Below are positions 40,559 to 50,800 of a stretch of DNA of 64,000 bases, piece by piece. Made by a program: the position numbers and the translations under genes. Each line of letters starts with the position of its first letter. The stretch's first letter is position 1. Location: assembly GCA_965261735.1 (NCBI GenBank), contig OZ253470.1, positions 4,864,001 through 4,928,000 of the forward strand. Reading direction: 5' to 3'. Source of the stretch: Alphaproteobacteria bacterium (GTDB lineage: Bacteria; Pseudomonadota; Alphaproteobacteria; SHVV01). The notes under the pieces were generated by a model that searched no databases, was not told the origin of the DNA, and saw only the letters and a program-made list of their open reading frames with translations.

Positions 40559-41851
40559 ATGGGTAACAATGGCGGGCTGAACTGGCCGGCGAACGACTTC
40601 AGGCGCGTGCCCTATGGCGTCTTCACCGATGCCGACATCTACGCCCGCGAGCAGCAGCAGATCTTCCGCGGCCCGTTGTGGTGCTATCTCGCGTTGCAGT
40701 CCGAGATTCCGAAACCCGGCGACTTCAAGACGACCTTCGTCGGCGATACCCCCATCGTCGTCAACCGCGCCGAGGACGGGACCCTGCACGCCTACGTCAA
40801 CCGCTGCGCCCATCGCGGCACCACTCTGGTGCGCGAGGCTTGCGGCAATGCGAGCTCTCATACCTGCATCTACCATCACTGGTGTTACGACCTCTCGGGC
40901 CAGCTCATCGGCGTCCCCTTCCTGCGCGGCCTCCACGGCAAGGGCGGCATGCCGGAGGACTTCAAGATGAGCGACCACCGTTTGCGGACGCTCAAGGTCG
41001 ACACCTACGGCGAGGTCATCTTTGGCTCCTTCCAAGAGGCGCCTGAGCCCTTGCACGACTACCTCGATGATCCCATGCGGGGAACGCTCGATCGCCTGTT
41101 CGGCAGGCCGATCGAAATCCTGGGCTACATGCGCCAGCTTATTCCCGGCAACTGGAAGCTCTACTTCGAGAACCTCATGGACGCCTACCATGGCGGTCTA
41201 CTGCACCAGTTCCAGACCACGTTCGCGATCGCGCGCAACACCCAGGTCGGGGGCTCGACCCTCGACAAATACGGCCGTCACCGGACCTGCTTCACCATCC
41301 ACGGCAGCGACACCGAGGAAGAGGCGGCCGCCGGCTATGATGGCGACGTCGCCTACAACAGCGACCTACGCCTGCGCGACCCCTCGATCAACGAGTTCGT
41401 GGACGAGGACGGCTCGGGCGAAGGGCTAACCATGATGGCGATCTTCCCCTCGGTATTCTTCCAGCGCCTCAACAACACGCTCGCGACGCGCCAGATCAAG
41501 CCCAAGGCCGCCGGCGCCTTCGAGCTCTACTGGACCTACTTCGGTTACGCCGACGACGATCCGAAAATCCGCCTCATGCGCCTGCGCCAGGTCAACCTGA
41601 TCGGGCCCGGCGGCCTCGTCTCCATGGAGGACGGCGAGGCCGGGCGGCTCGTTCAGCTGGGGATCGGACGCGAGCAGGACGCTCACTCGGTTATCGAGAT
41701 GGGCGGCGTCGGGCCGATCGTCGATCAGGACTCGCTCAACACCGAGGTGCCGGTACGTGGCTTCTGGCGCTACTACTGCCATCTCATGGGCTTCGAGCCC
41801 ACCGGCGGCGCGATCTGGCCGCCCGCGGAAGCCGTACACGCCGCGCCTTAG
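40559..41851 (+). CDS. Aromatic ring-hydroxylating (Rieske) oxygenase alpha subunit, salicylate/anthranilate/terephthalate-type
   Basis: CAHRG..CIYH Rieske motif; NWKLYFEN..DAYH..LLH; SMEDGE. Confidence 0.9.
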   Translation: MGNNGGLNWPANDFRRVPYGVFTDADIYAREQQQIFRGPLWCYLALQSEIPKPGDFKTTFVGDTPIVVNRAEDGTLHAYVNRCAHRGTTLVREACGNASSHTCIYHHWCYDLSGQLIGVPFLRGLHGKGGMPEDFKMSDHRLRTLKVDTYGEVIFGSFQEAPEPLHDYLDDPMRGTLDRLFGRPIEILGYMRQLIPGNWKLYFENLMDAYHGGLLHQFQTTFAIARNTQVGGSTLDKYGRHRTCFTIHGSDTEEEAAAGYDGDVAYNSDLRLRDPSINEFVDEDGSGEGLTMMAIFPSVFFQRLNNTLATRQIKPKAAGAFELYWTYFGYADDDPKIRLMRLRQVNLIGPGGLVSMEDGEAGRLVQLGIGREQDAHSVIEMGGVGPIVDQDSLNTEVPVRGFWRYYCHLMGFEPTGGAIWPPAEAVHAAP

Positions 41852-41974
41852 GAGTCGGCGCTCACGCCCGTTCTGTCCGCCCGGCCGGCATTGCGCTCCG
41901 GCAGGGCAATGAGAATGCGCGCGGCGAGGCCGCCGATGGCGCGTGCCGTCGCCGTCGCCACCAGGGAGGAACCC

Positions 41975-42376
41975 ATGAGCGAGAGTTTGCGTCAGTCCGT
42001 CAACGTGCCCGGCTGCGAGGCACTGTTCGGCAACTATTCCTCGGCCGTCATCGTCAAGCCCGGCCGCCTGCTATTCGTTTCCGGCCAGGTGGCCGTGGAC
42101 GAGAACGGCAAGACGGTCGGCGTCGGCGACGTGGCCCGCCAGTGCGAGTACGTTCTGCAAAAGATCGAAAAGATCGTCACCTACAACGGCGGCACGGTCG
42201 CGGACATCGTGCAGGATCGCGTATACGTGACCGACCGCGCGTTCCATCCCCTGGTGCTCCCGGTTCGCCTCAAGCACTTCCCGGAGAACGGCCCGGCCAG
42301 CGCTTTCGTCGAAGTCGCCTCGCTCAAGGACCCCGAATGGCTGATCGAAATCGAGGTCGTCGCGGTGCTGCCGTGA
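41975..42376 (+). CDS. RidA/YjgF/UK114 family protein
   Basis: YSSAV, LFVSGQV, PAS..VEV..LIEIEVVA. Confidence 0.88.
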   Translation: MSESLRQSVNVPGCEALFGNYSSAVIVKPGRLLFVSGQVAVDENGKTVGVGDVARQCEYVLQKIEKIVTYNGGTVADIVQDRVYVTDRAFHPLVLPVRLKHFPENGPASAFVEVASLKDPEWLIEIEVVAVLP

Positions 42377-42389
42377 ACACGCCAGCCCG

Positions 42390-43911
42390 ATGAAGAGATT
42401 GATGAAACGCGCCTCTCTCGGGCTCCTCGCGCTCGCCTTCTACGCCGCCGCAGCTGCACCGGGCAATCTTCCGAATCCCAGCAACGAGTCCATTGTCGGC
42501 CATTTCGACATCGTCGCCTTCGGTAGCGGCGAACACGCCGCCCAGGGGTTTACGCGCGTGCGCAAGTGGGAGCAGCCTATCCGCATCGGCCTCCAGGGCG
42601 ACTATCCCGACTATTTCGAACAATTCGTCAACGAACACATCGCCGATCTCGTCGCCGCCACGAGCCATCCGATCGAGCTCTATTACTCGTTCAATCTGCA
42701 GCGTGCCGGCAAGCTGGCGGTCGATTTCGATCGCCGCAAAGTCAACGTGATCCTCTACTACCTGCCGCGACCAGCATAGCCGCTCCAATCGTCAGTAACG
42801 ATCAGCGATCGCGGCGCGACGGTGCTCTCGACGAACCCACAGAGCGACTCGGCGCTACGGTCGAGCACGACGGCGAGCCGAACGCGTCCGGCATAGCGTC
42901 CGTCTTTCCGGTTGTCGAGCTTGGTGCCCGGCTTTCGATGACGCACCTCGATGGCACAGGAGACGGGAACCTTGTGGTGAACACCACGGCCTTCCCCACG
43001 CGTTCGCCCGCCAACCCAGGTTTCGTCCACCTCAACATGGTTCTTGGGCTGTCCACCGATCCTGTCTTGGTTGGGCCGCACCATGCCCGAGCGGAGCTTG
43101 TGGAGAATTTGAAAGGCCGTCTCGTAGCGCGAAAGACCAAGTTGCCGCTGAAACTGCACGGCGGACATGCCGGGCGTCTGACTGGCGACCAGATAAGCGG
43201 CCCAGAACCAGACGTTCAGCGGAGTGTGGCTACGCTCCATCACTGTTCCCACCGTCAGCCCGGTGTTCTGGCGGCACTTGCGGCAGCGCAGGACGCCAGG
43301 GCGGTTTTCAAAGTGGAACGGCTCTCCCGCCGTGCCGCAGTGCGGGCAGGCAAAGCCGTCTCCCCAGCGGGCTTTCTCCAGGTAGGCGGCGCAGGCCGCA
43401 TCATCGGGGAAAAGTCGCTGGAACTCGGGTAGCGAATGCGGGAATGGGAGATCGGCGCGGTCGAGAACATCCATGGCGCGCTCCCCTATATCCGGGTTGC
43501 GCCCATTCTAGCCCTAGTGGGTGTGGGTGTAAACCGGATAGGCAAGGTTACTTCGACAACGACACGGCGGCCGTCGAGAAACTCGTAACAAATTCATCGT
43601 GTTTCGCGAAATTCTTCAAGAAAAAGAACAATATCGTGGCCGGCATTGTTGTGTTCCCCGACCATCTTCGGAAAGTCCAGTCGCGCACCTGCGTCATCGA
43701 GGAGCTGACCCAATTGCTAGGCCTGCCCAACGACAGCGACCGGGTCGCACCGTCGATCTTCAACGACAAGAGCCTCTATATCGACTTGACCGATCACGAT
43801 CGCCTGTTGCTTCGCGTCCTCTACGACGCGCGCATGAAAGCCGGCATGTCGCGGGCCGAGGCGTTGCTGCTCGCACGCCGGATCCTGGATGAGATCCGCC
43901 CCGGGCAGTAG
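42390..43911 (+). pseudogene. DUF2927-like secreted protein disrupted by a truncated IS1595
   Basis: N-terminal part VRKWEQPIRI; C-terminal part CVIEELTQLLGLPNDS..SIFND..LRVLYD after the IS end at 43546. Confidence 0.75.
42771..43546 (-). mobile_element. IS1595 element B copy 2 (truncated, right end lost)
   Basis: Near-identical to the 5' part of copies 1 and 3; left TIR ends at 43546; sequence breaks off after DDWSGYAG. Confidence 0.9.
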
Positions 43912-43914
43912 GCG

Positions 43915-44799
43915 TCAGAGGGGACCCTCGGCGTAGAGCCGGATGAGACCGCTCTGGTCCACATCGCCGTGGCCGCCGGCGACGAGCAGCCGGAACAACT
44001 CGCCGGCCAGCGCGGTCATCGGCACGGCGGTGGCGGTGGCGCGCGCGACCCCGAGTGCCGTGTCCATGTCCTTGAGCATGAGGCGCACGCCGCCCCGCGG
44101 CGCGAGGTCGCCCGCGGCCATGCGCCGCGCGTGCACTTGCAGGATCGTGGAATCGGCGAAACCGCCGGCCAGGCAATCGGGCAGCAGCTCGGCCGCAATA
44201 CCGGCGTCGGCGGCGAGCTTCAAGGTTTCGGCGACGACCGCGATGGTGCCGCCGACGATCATTTGATTGCATACCTTGGTCGTCTGTCCGGCGCCTATTG
44301 CGCCCATGTGGGTGAGGCGCTGTGCGAGGGGCTCGACCATGCTTCGGATCGTCGCGACGTCCTCGGGCGCGCCCCCCGCCATCACCACCAGCGTTCCCGA
44401 CTCGGCTCCGGCGGGCCCACCCGATACCGGCGCATCGACCCACCGCATGCCGGTCTCGGCCGCCAGCCGCGCCGCCATGTCGCGGGTCGCCGCGGGATCG
44501 ATGCTCGAGGTATCGACGAGGATCTTGCCGGGCGCCGCGCCCTCGTGCACGCCCTCGGGCCCGAACACCACCTCTTCAACGGCCGCCGTGTCGGTGAGGC
44601 TGAGAAGGGTCGCATCGCCGGCCTCGGCAACCGCGGCAGGGCTCGCGGCGGCGCGCGCGCCAGCGGCGCAGGGCCCGTCCATCTTGTCTCGCGAGCGGTT
44701 CCAGACGGTAAGTTCGCGGCCGCTCTCGAGAAGACGGCGGGCCATCGGCTTACCCATGGCGCCGAGTCCTATGAAGCCTAGGGCACCAGTGGTTGGCAT
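43915..44799 (-). CDS. Beta-hydroxyacid dehydrogenase family (3-hydroxyisobutyrate/tartronate semialdehyde reductase-like)
   Basis: GFIGLGAMG, DAPVSGG, KVCNQ, LKDM. Confidence 0.88.
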   Translation of the reverse strand: MPTTGALGFIGLGAMGKPMARRLLESGRELTVWNRSRDKMDGPCAAGARAAASPAAVAEAGDATLLSLTDTAAVEEVVFGPEGVHEGAAPGKILVDTSSIDPAATRDMAARLAAETGMRWVDAPVSGGPAGAESGTLVVMAGGAPEDVATIRSMVEPLAQRLTHMGAIGAGQTTKVCNQMIVGGTIAVVAETLKLAADAGIAAELLPDCLAGGFADSTILQVHARRMAAGDLAPRGGVRLMLKDMDTALGVARATATAVPMTALAGELFRLLVAGGHGDVDQSGLIRLYAEGPL

Positions 44800-44836
44800 C
44801 GTTTCCCCCTCCCCGCCCCCACGAGAGGCGCCCCCT

Positions 44837-45598
44837 TTACAGCAGCGACTGGCCGTCGTCCACGTTGATCACGGCGCCGGTGATGAAGTTGGACTCCGGC
44901 GATACCAGGAGCATCAAGGCCCCGTCGAGATCCTCGGGCCGGCCGAGCCGGCGCCGCAGCATCGTGTCGATCCTCGCCTTGCCGGCGTCGCTGGCAAAAA
45001 AGTCGCGGTTGATGTCGGTCTCGATGTAGCCGGGAGCGAGCGCGTTGACCTGAATATCGTAACGTGCCCATTCCAGCGCCATCGCCTTGGTCATCTGGAT
45101 CAGGCCGCCCTTCGACATGCAGTACAGCGAAAGTCCGCCGATGACCTCGAAACCCAGGATGGAGGCGATGTTGACGATCTTGCCGCCGCGCCCCGCGGCG
45201 ATCATCCGCGTGCCCACCTCATGAGCGACGAGCCAGGCCCCCTTGAGGTTCGTGTCCATGACAAAGTCGTAGTCGCTGCTGCCGAGGTCCTTGATGGCCT
45301 TTTGCCCGGAGGCGCCGGCGTTGTTGACGAGGAGCGTGATCGTGCCGAGTTCGGTGGCCGCGGCCTCCGCCGCGTCGCGCACGCTGCCCTCGTCGGTAAC
45401 GTCGAGGGGCACAGCCATCGCGTGGCCGCCCGATGCTACGATTTCGGCGGCCAGCGCCTCGAGCTCGCTCACGCGGCGCGCGGCCAGGGCGACCCGAGCG
45501 CCGGCGCCCGCCAACACCACGGCGAAGCGGCGGCCCAGCCCGCTGGAGGCGCCTGTTACCAACGCCGTTTGACCTTCGAGGAGTTGTGCCGCGCCCAT
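44837..45598 (-). CDS. SDR oxidoreductase
   Basis: TGASSGLG, NNAG, YCMSK, NALAPGY. Confidence 0.88.
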   Translation of the reverse strand: MGAAQLLEGQTALVTGASSGLGRRFAVVLAGAGARVALAARRVSELEALAAEIVASGGHAMAVPLDVTDEGSVRDAAEAAATELGTITLLVNNAGASGQKAIKDLGSSDYDFVMDTNLKGAWLVAHEVGTRMIAAGRGGKIVNIASILGFEVIGGLSLYCMSKGGLIQMTKAMALEWARYDIQVNALAPGYIETDINRDFFASDAGKARIDTMLRRRLGRPEDLDGALMLLVSPESNFITGAVINVDDGQSLL

Positions 45599-45746
45599 GC
45601 CGAAAACTCCGTGGCCCTGCCACAGCGGTGTGACAGCACTCTAGAGGCGTAGCCGCGACGGCGGCAAGGAAGACCCACCTCGCGGCAATCGTATTTTAAC
45701 CAGCGCCTGCTACCTTCGGGCGCTTCGGCCGGCGGAGGGGCCTCTC

Positions 45747-47090
45747 ATGAGCTATACGGCGCGGGTACTTGTGGTTGGGAACGACCCGTCGCTGGACCGC
45801 GTCGGCCCGCTACTGGGGAATCTCGGGTATTACCACGCTGCAGCGGCCTCGCTCGATGCCGCTCTGGAGGCGGCCAAGGCCGATCGTCCCGACGTCGTAA
45901 TCGCGCGCACGAGTTCGGATCCCGCGGACAACGCGAGCGTCGAAAGCGCCATACGGGAAATGTCCGAAGTTCGCCGGATCCCGGTCGTCCGCGTGGGCGA
46001 GCACGACACGGTGTTTCCCGAAATGTCAGATTGGGCGGGTGTGGTGACCGAGTTCCTGCCGAGCGATTTTCACGACGTCGAGCTGTCCGCCCGCCTAACC
46101 TCGCTGGTGCGCCTCAACACCATGCAGACCGAGCTGCGGCAGCGCGCCGCCACGGTTGCCGACTTCGGAGTCGACTGGCCTATCGATATTGCTCCCCCCG
46201 GCGAGCTGGCGGCGGCCCGTATCCTCGTCGTCGCCGCGAGCGCCAGCGATCAAGACGCCATTGCCGGCGCGTTCAAGGAACCCGTCTCGGTGGTGTTGGC
46301 AGAAAACGCGTTCGATGCGATGGCGCGCCTGCTTGAGAAGGACATCGACGCCGCCATCATCTCCATGGCGTCGAACGGCTCTGGCGACAGCCTCACTCTG
46401 TGCACCGACATTCGCAGCAATCCCAGCCTCTTCAACCTTCCGGTGATCGTCATCACCGATGCCGCCGAGAGCAGCGCGCCCTCGCGCCCACTCGCCCGCG
46501 GCGCCAGCGACGTGGTCGTGCGACCCTTTCAATCGGCTGTTCTCAGCGCACGCGTCGGCGGGCTGATCAGGCAGAACCGCTACCGCTACGCCATGCACCA
46601 AACCTACCGCAAGAGCCACCTCGATCTGACCACCGACAGCCTTACCGGGCTGCACAGCTTCGGCTTCCTGCATGCCCATCTGGCTCGCCAGATGGATTAC
46701 GCCCTGCGCTACGACAAGCACCTGGCGCTCGGGTTTCTCGATGTCCGACGGATGAGGGTGGTCAACGACGAGTTCGGCTTCGTCGTCGGCGATCGCCTGC
46801 TGCGCCAGCTCGGTCTCCTGGTCGCCAACCTGATACGCGGCGAAGATCTGGCGGCCCGGTTCGGGGGCGAGAAATTCTGTGTGGTGCAGCCCGAGACGAC
46901 ACCGGACGACGCGGAGTTCGCGCTGAATCGCATCGTCGGTGTCGTCAATAATACGGAATTCGCCATCCCGACCGTCGGCCAACCGATCGTCGTGCGCATG
47001 TCGGTGGGCGGCGCTTCCATCGCGCCCGGCGACACCCCCGCCGCGCTCATCGGCCGCGCCCGAAAGGCGTGCCTCTTCGCGGTCAGGTGA
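45747..47090 (+). CDS. PleD/PopA-like REC-REC-GGDEF protein with a degenerate active site
   Basis: Two pseudo-receivers; TDSLTGL; RGED I-site; GGEKF instead of GG(D/E)EF. Confidence 0.8.
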   Translation: MSYTARVLVVGNDPSLDRVGPLLGNLGYYHAAAASLDAALEAAKADRPDVVIARTSSDPADNASVESAIREMSEVRRIPVVRVGEHDTVFPEMSDWAGVVTEFLPSDFHDVELSARLTSLVRLNTMQTELRQRAATVADFGVDWPIDIAPPGELAAARILVVAASASDQDAIAGAFKEPVSVVLAENAFDAMARLLEKDIDAAIISMASNGSGDSLTLCTDIRSNPSLFNLPVIVITDAAESSAPSRPLARGASDVVVRPFQSAVLSARVGGLIRQNRYRYAMHQTYRKSHLDLTTDSLTGLHSFGFLHAHLARQMDYALRYDKHLALGFLDVRRMRVVNDEFGFVVGDRLLRQLGLLVANLIRGEDLAARFGGEKFCVVQPETTPDDAEFALNRIVGVVNNTEFAIPTVGQPIVVRMSVGGASIAPGDTPAALIGRARKACLFAVR

Positions 47091-47193
47091 ACGGCCAGCG
47101 TAAGGCCCGCACCGAGGGGCGGCACCGGCGCTTCACATCGAACCGCGCTCGCCCTATGTTGGGTACGCAGCACCCGACGACGGCCCGTGCACC

Positions 47194-47859
47194 ATGAAAA
47201 TCGACATCGTCTCCGATACGGTCTGCCCGTGGTGCTTCGTCGGCAAGCGCCGGTTGGAGCGGGCGCTTGCCCTGCGCCCGGGTCTGACACCCGATATCAC
47301 CTGGTGGCCGTTCCAGCTCAACCCCGACATGCCGGCCGTAGGACGCGACCGCAAATCCTACCTCGAAGCCAAGTTCGGCGGCCCGGCGGGTGCCGAACGC
47401 ATCTACGCGCACATCCGCGACGCGGGCCTCTCGGAGGGCATCGACTTCTCCTTCGATGCCATCGAGCGCACGCCGAACACGATCGATTCGCACCGGCTCA
47501 TTCACTGGGCCGGCGCCGCCGGTCGCCAAGACGACGTGGTCGAGGGCCTGTTTCGGGCCTACTTCCTGGACGGCCGCGACATCGGCGACGCCACCGTGCT
47601 CGTCGAAGTGGCCCGCGACGCGGGACTGGACAAGGACGATGTGGCGCTCGGGCTCGCCGAGGAACGCGACCGCGATCTCATGGCGCAGTGGAACCGATCC
47701 GCGGTCGAGATGGGGATAAGCGGCGTGCCCTGCTTTATCGTCGACCGCAAGCGCGCGATTTCCGGCGCCCAGGACGCCAGTGTGTTTCTTCAGCTCTTCG
47801 ATACTATCGCCGAGGAGGCTCCGGAGGCGAGAAGCGGCGACGCCGCCGCGCCCGCTTGA
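47194..47859 (+). CDS. DsbA/FrnE family oxidoreductase
   Basis: DTVCPWC, PFQLNP, GVP, SGAQ. Confidence 0.9.
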   Translation: MKIDIVSDTVCPWCFVGKRRLERALALRPGLTPDITWWPFQLNPDMPAVGRDRKSYLEAKFGGPAGAERIYAHIRDAGLSEGIDFSFDAIERTPNTIDSHRLIHWAGAAGRQDDVVEGLFRAYFLDGRDIGDATVLVEVARDAGLDKDDVALGLAEERDRDLMAQWNRSAVEMGISGVPCFIVDRKRAISGAQDASVFLQLFDTIAEEAPEARSGDAAAPA

Positions 47860-50800
47860 GTACGGACACCGGCGAGCTCCTCGAGCAAGCCTTGGACGCC
47901 GGCCAGCCGCTCGTCGACGCCGTCCCAATCGCGCATGCACACGAGGCGTTGATCGGGCCTCAACTTTGTGGTCTCGGGGTGAGCACCAATGTAGGCGACG
48001 AGCGCGGCCGGATCCGAGAACGAGTCCTCGCGAAACGCGAGCGTGGCGCCACGGGGTCCGGCATCGACCCGAGCGACCGCGGCCACCCGGCACGCCTGCT
48101 TGATGGCGACCACGGCGAGCAGATGCTCGACTTCGCTCGGCAGCGGCCCGAAGCGGTCGATGAGCTCGGCGCCGAACGCATCGATATCCGCGCGCGCCTC
48201 CAGGCGAGCGAGCCTGCGGTAGAGGCCCATGCGCACACTGAGATCGGCGACGTAGGTCTCGGGGATCAGCACCGCCGTGCCGAGGTTGATCTGCGGCGAC
48301 CACGTCTCCTCGGCCTCCGCCTCGGCCTCGCCCGCGGCACTGCGGGCGGCCATCACCGCCTCCTCCAGCATCTGCTGGTAGAGCTCGAGGCCGACCTCGC
48401 GGATGTGGCCGGACTGCTCCTCGCCGAGAAGGTTGCCGGCACCGCGGATGTCGAGGTCGTGGCTCGCCAGGCTGAAGCCGGCGCCGAGCCCGTCCAAGGC
48501 CTGCATGACCTGAAGGCGCTTCTCGGCGCCGGCGGTCGGCATCTGCTGCGGGGGCAAGGTGAGATAGGCGTAGGCGCGCGTCTTCGAGCGGCCGATGCGG
48601 CCGCGAAGCTGATACAACTGGGCCAGGCCGAACATGTCGGCGCGGTGTACGATCATGGTGTTCGCCGTCGGAATATCGAGCCCCGATTCGACGATGGTGG
48701 TGCACAGTAGGACCTCGAAGCCTCCGTCGTAGAACGCGTTCATGACACGGTCGAGCTGGCGCGCGGCCAAGCGCCCGTGGGCCACGCCGACTTTGACCTC
48801 CGGCACCTCCTCCTTGAGGAAGCGCGCCGCGTCGGGCAGATCCGCGATGCGTGGGCAGATGTAAAAGATTTGCCCGCCGCGATAGTGCTCGCGCAGGATC
48901 GCCTCGCGCACGACGACGGGATCGAACGGCATAATGAAGGTGCGGATCGCCAGCCGGTCGGCCGGCGGGGTCGTGATCAGGCTGAGCTCGCGCACCCCGC
49001 TCAACGCCATCTGCAGCGTCCGCGGAATCGGCGTCGCCGTCAGCGTCAGTACGTGAACGTTGGCGCGAAGCGCCTTCAGGCGCTCCTTGTGCGCCACGCC
49101 GAAATGCTGCTCCTCGTCGACGACCAGTAGTCCGAGGTCGCGAAAAGCGACGTTCTTGCCGAGCAGCGCGTGGGTGCCGATGACGATGTCGATGTCGCCC
49201 GCGGCAAGGCCCTTCTTGACCTCGGCGGCCTCGCGCGCCGAGACGAGCCGGGAGAGTTGGGCGATGCACACCGGCAGCCCGGCGAAGCGCTCGCTGAACG
49301 TGTGGAAGTGCTGCCGGCACAACAGCGTCGTCGGCGCCACCACGGCCACCTGCTTGCCCGCGAGCGCGGCGATGAAGGCGCTGCGCAGCGCGACCTCGGT
49401 CTTGCCGAAGCCGACGTCGCCGCAGATCAGCCGGTCCATCGGATGGCCGGTGGCGAGATCGCCCAACACCTCGTCGACCGCGCGGCGCTGATCGTCGGTC
49501 TCGAAGTAGGGGAAGCGGGCGCAGAACTCGTCGTAGAGCCCGTCCGGCGGCGTCAAAGGATCGCCCGGCTGCATGTGACGCTGGGCGGCGATAGCGATGA
49601 GCTGTCCGGCTATGTCCTTGAGGCGCTTCTTCACCCGCGCCTTGCGCGTCTGCCAGGCCGTGCTGCCGAGCCGGTCGAGCGCCGCCCCGGCGTCCTCGGA
49701 ACCGTAGCGCGACAGCACATCGATGTTTTCGACCGGAATGAACAGGCGGTCCCCGCCGTCGTAGACGAGGCACAGGCAGTCATGAGGCGCATCGCCAACA
49801 TCGAGGGTCTTGAGGCCCGTGAACTGGCCAATGCCGTGCTCGACATGGATAACGAGGTCGCCTTCGGCGAGCTCCGACGCCGCGGCGATGAAGTTCTCGG
49901 CGCGGCGGCGCCGGGACGGCGGGCGCGCCAACCGCTCGCCCAGAATGTCGGGCTCGCTGATGACGACGAGGTCGTCGACCTCGAAGCCGCGTTCGAGGCC
50001 GAGGACGGCGAGCGCCGCCGTGCCGCGCGGCAATCTGCCGACGGCCGCCCACGACTCCACGTTCGCGAGCGTTTCGAGACCATGATCCTTGAGCAGCTTG
50101 GCGAGGCGATCGCGCGCGCCCTCGCTGTAGCTCGCGATCACGACCCGGCGGCCCGCGGCAGTCGTGGCGCGCACGTGATCGCGGACGCCTTCGAACACGC
50201 TCGCCCCAGGTTGCAGGCGCTCGCTCACGAAGCGCGCGCCGTCGCGGCCCCCGGCGTCGACCGCCAAATGACCGTCGGCGGGGGCGCGATAGGGGGACAG
50301 CGCGCCGATGGCCCGCGGCGCGACAAGGCGCTCCCACTCCGCAGGCGTCAGATAGAGCCGGTCCGACGGCAACGGCTTGTACACGGCGGCCCCCGCACCA
50401 ACCACGTCGCGGCGCAAGCGGCGCGCTTCGTAGTAGTCGGCGATGGCTTCGAAGCGCGCCGCTTGCGCCTCATCGACCAAGTGGTCGAGCGTCAGGGTTG
50501 CCTCCGGCAGGTAGTCGAAGAGCGTTTCGCAGGTCTCGTGGAACAGCGGCAACCAATGCTCCATGCCGATATGGCGGCGCCCCGCCGATACCGCAGCGTA
50601 CAGGGGATCGTCGTCGCCGGCGACGCCGAACAGCGCGCTGTAACCGGCTCGAAAGCGGGCGATTGCCTCATCCTCTAGCGCCACCTCGCCGACCGCCCCG
50701 AGCTCGACCCCGTCGATCTTGCGGATTGTCCTCTGAGTCAGGGGATCGAAGGAGCGAATACCCTCGATGACGTCGCCGAACAGATCGAGACGGACCGGCT

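Noticed and set aside
33197-43546. Composite transposon bounded by IS-B copies 1 and 2
   Set aside because: Copy 1 has its own matching TSD and copy 2 lies within one host gene, so they are independent insertions
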